Positions 24,470-24,489 of a stretch of DNA of 24,489 nt are shown here, one piece after another (the first letter of the stretch is position 1; each line of letters opens with the position of its first letter). The position numbers were made by a program, and so were the translations under genes. This DNA is from a virus (lineage: Duplodnaviria > Caudoviricetes). Location of the stretch: positions 1 to 24,489 of the IMG/VR virus record IMGVR_UViG_3300017913_000211. One strand, written 5' to 3'. The notes beneath the pieces were generated by a model. That model was not told where the DNA came from. It did not search any database and saw only the letters and a program-made list of their open reading frames with translations.

Positions 24470-24489
24470 CAAACTTAAAAATTAATACG
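24469..24489 (+). promoter_or_regulatory. Putative late promoter, copy 4 (cut by the window end)
   Basis: ACAAA-14 nt (ending TA)-CG at the final bases. Confidence 0.5.

Noticed and set aside
1-24489. Stop-codon reassignment
   Set aside because: Long genes are intact in the standard code, TAG, TGA and TAA all end genes at coupled junctions, and the gaps are filled by genuine micro-ORFs.

Overview
This window is most of a compact, AT-rich siphovirus-like phage genome with every credible gene on the + strand. The host is most likely Bacteroidota (Flavobacteriia-like), judged from TTTG-N19/20-TAnnTTTG promoters, A-rich starts without Shine-Dalgarno sequences, and a signal peptide followed by Gln. 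Gene order: major capsid C-terminus, tail tube, a moron cassette, portal fusion, head-tail adaptor, fibre/spike genes, lysis cassette with an M15 peptidase, an iterated-palindrome origin candidate, ninG, early/replication genes (SSB-like, SF4 helicase, nucleases, ECF-like sigma factor, DUF3310, RecE-like exonuclease, DnaA-C-like HTH), terS, terL, a frameshifting tail chaperone, tail/baseplate genes and the tape measure. I saw no integrase, repressor, DNA polymerase, tRNA or CRISPR array. The most striking unexplained signal is a candidate RNA regulatory layer. A promoter-hairpin-seed-terminator small RNA (about 8884-8947) has an unpaired seed complementary to the translation-start regions of several phage early genes, including the helicase. 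There is also a second sRNA-like unit (about 1471-1538) and a 135-nt structured leader (13081-13215). A four-copy late-promoter motif (AAA-N12-TACGTTATA) plausibly matches the phage sigma factor. Protein calls come from motif recognition by eye, not from database searches.
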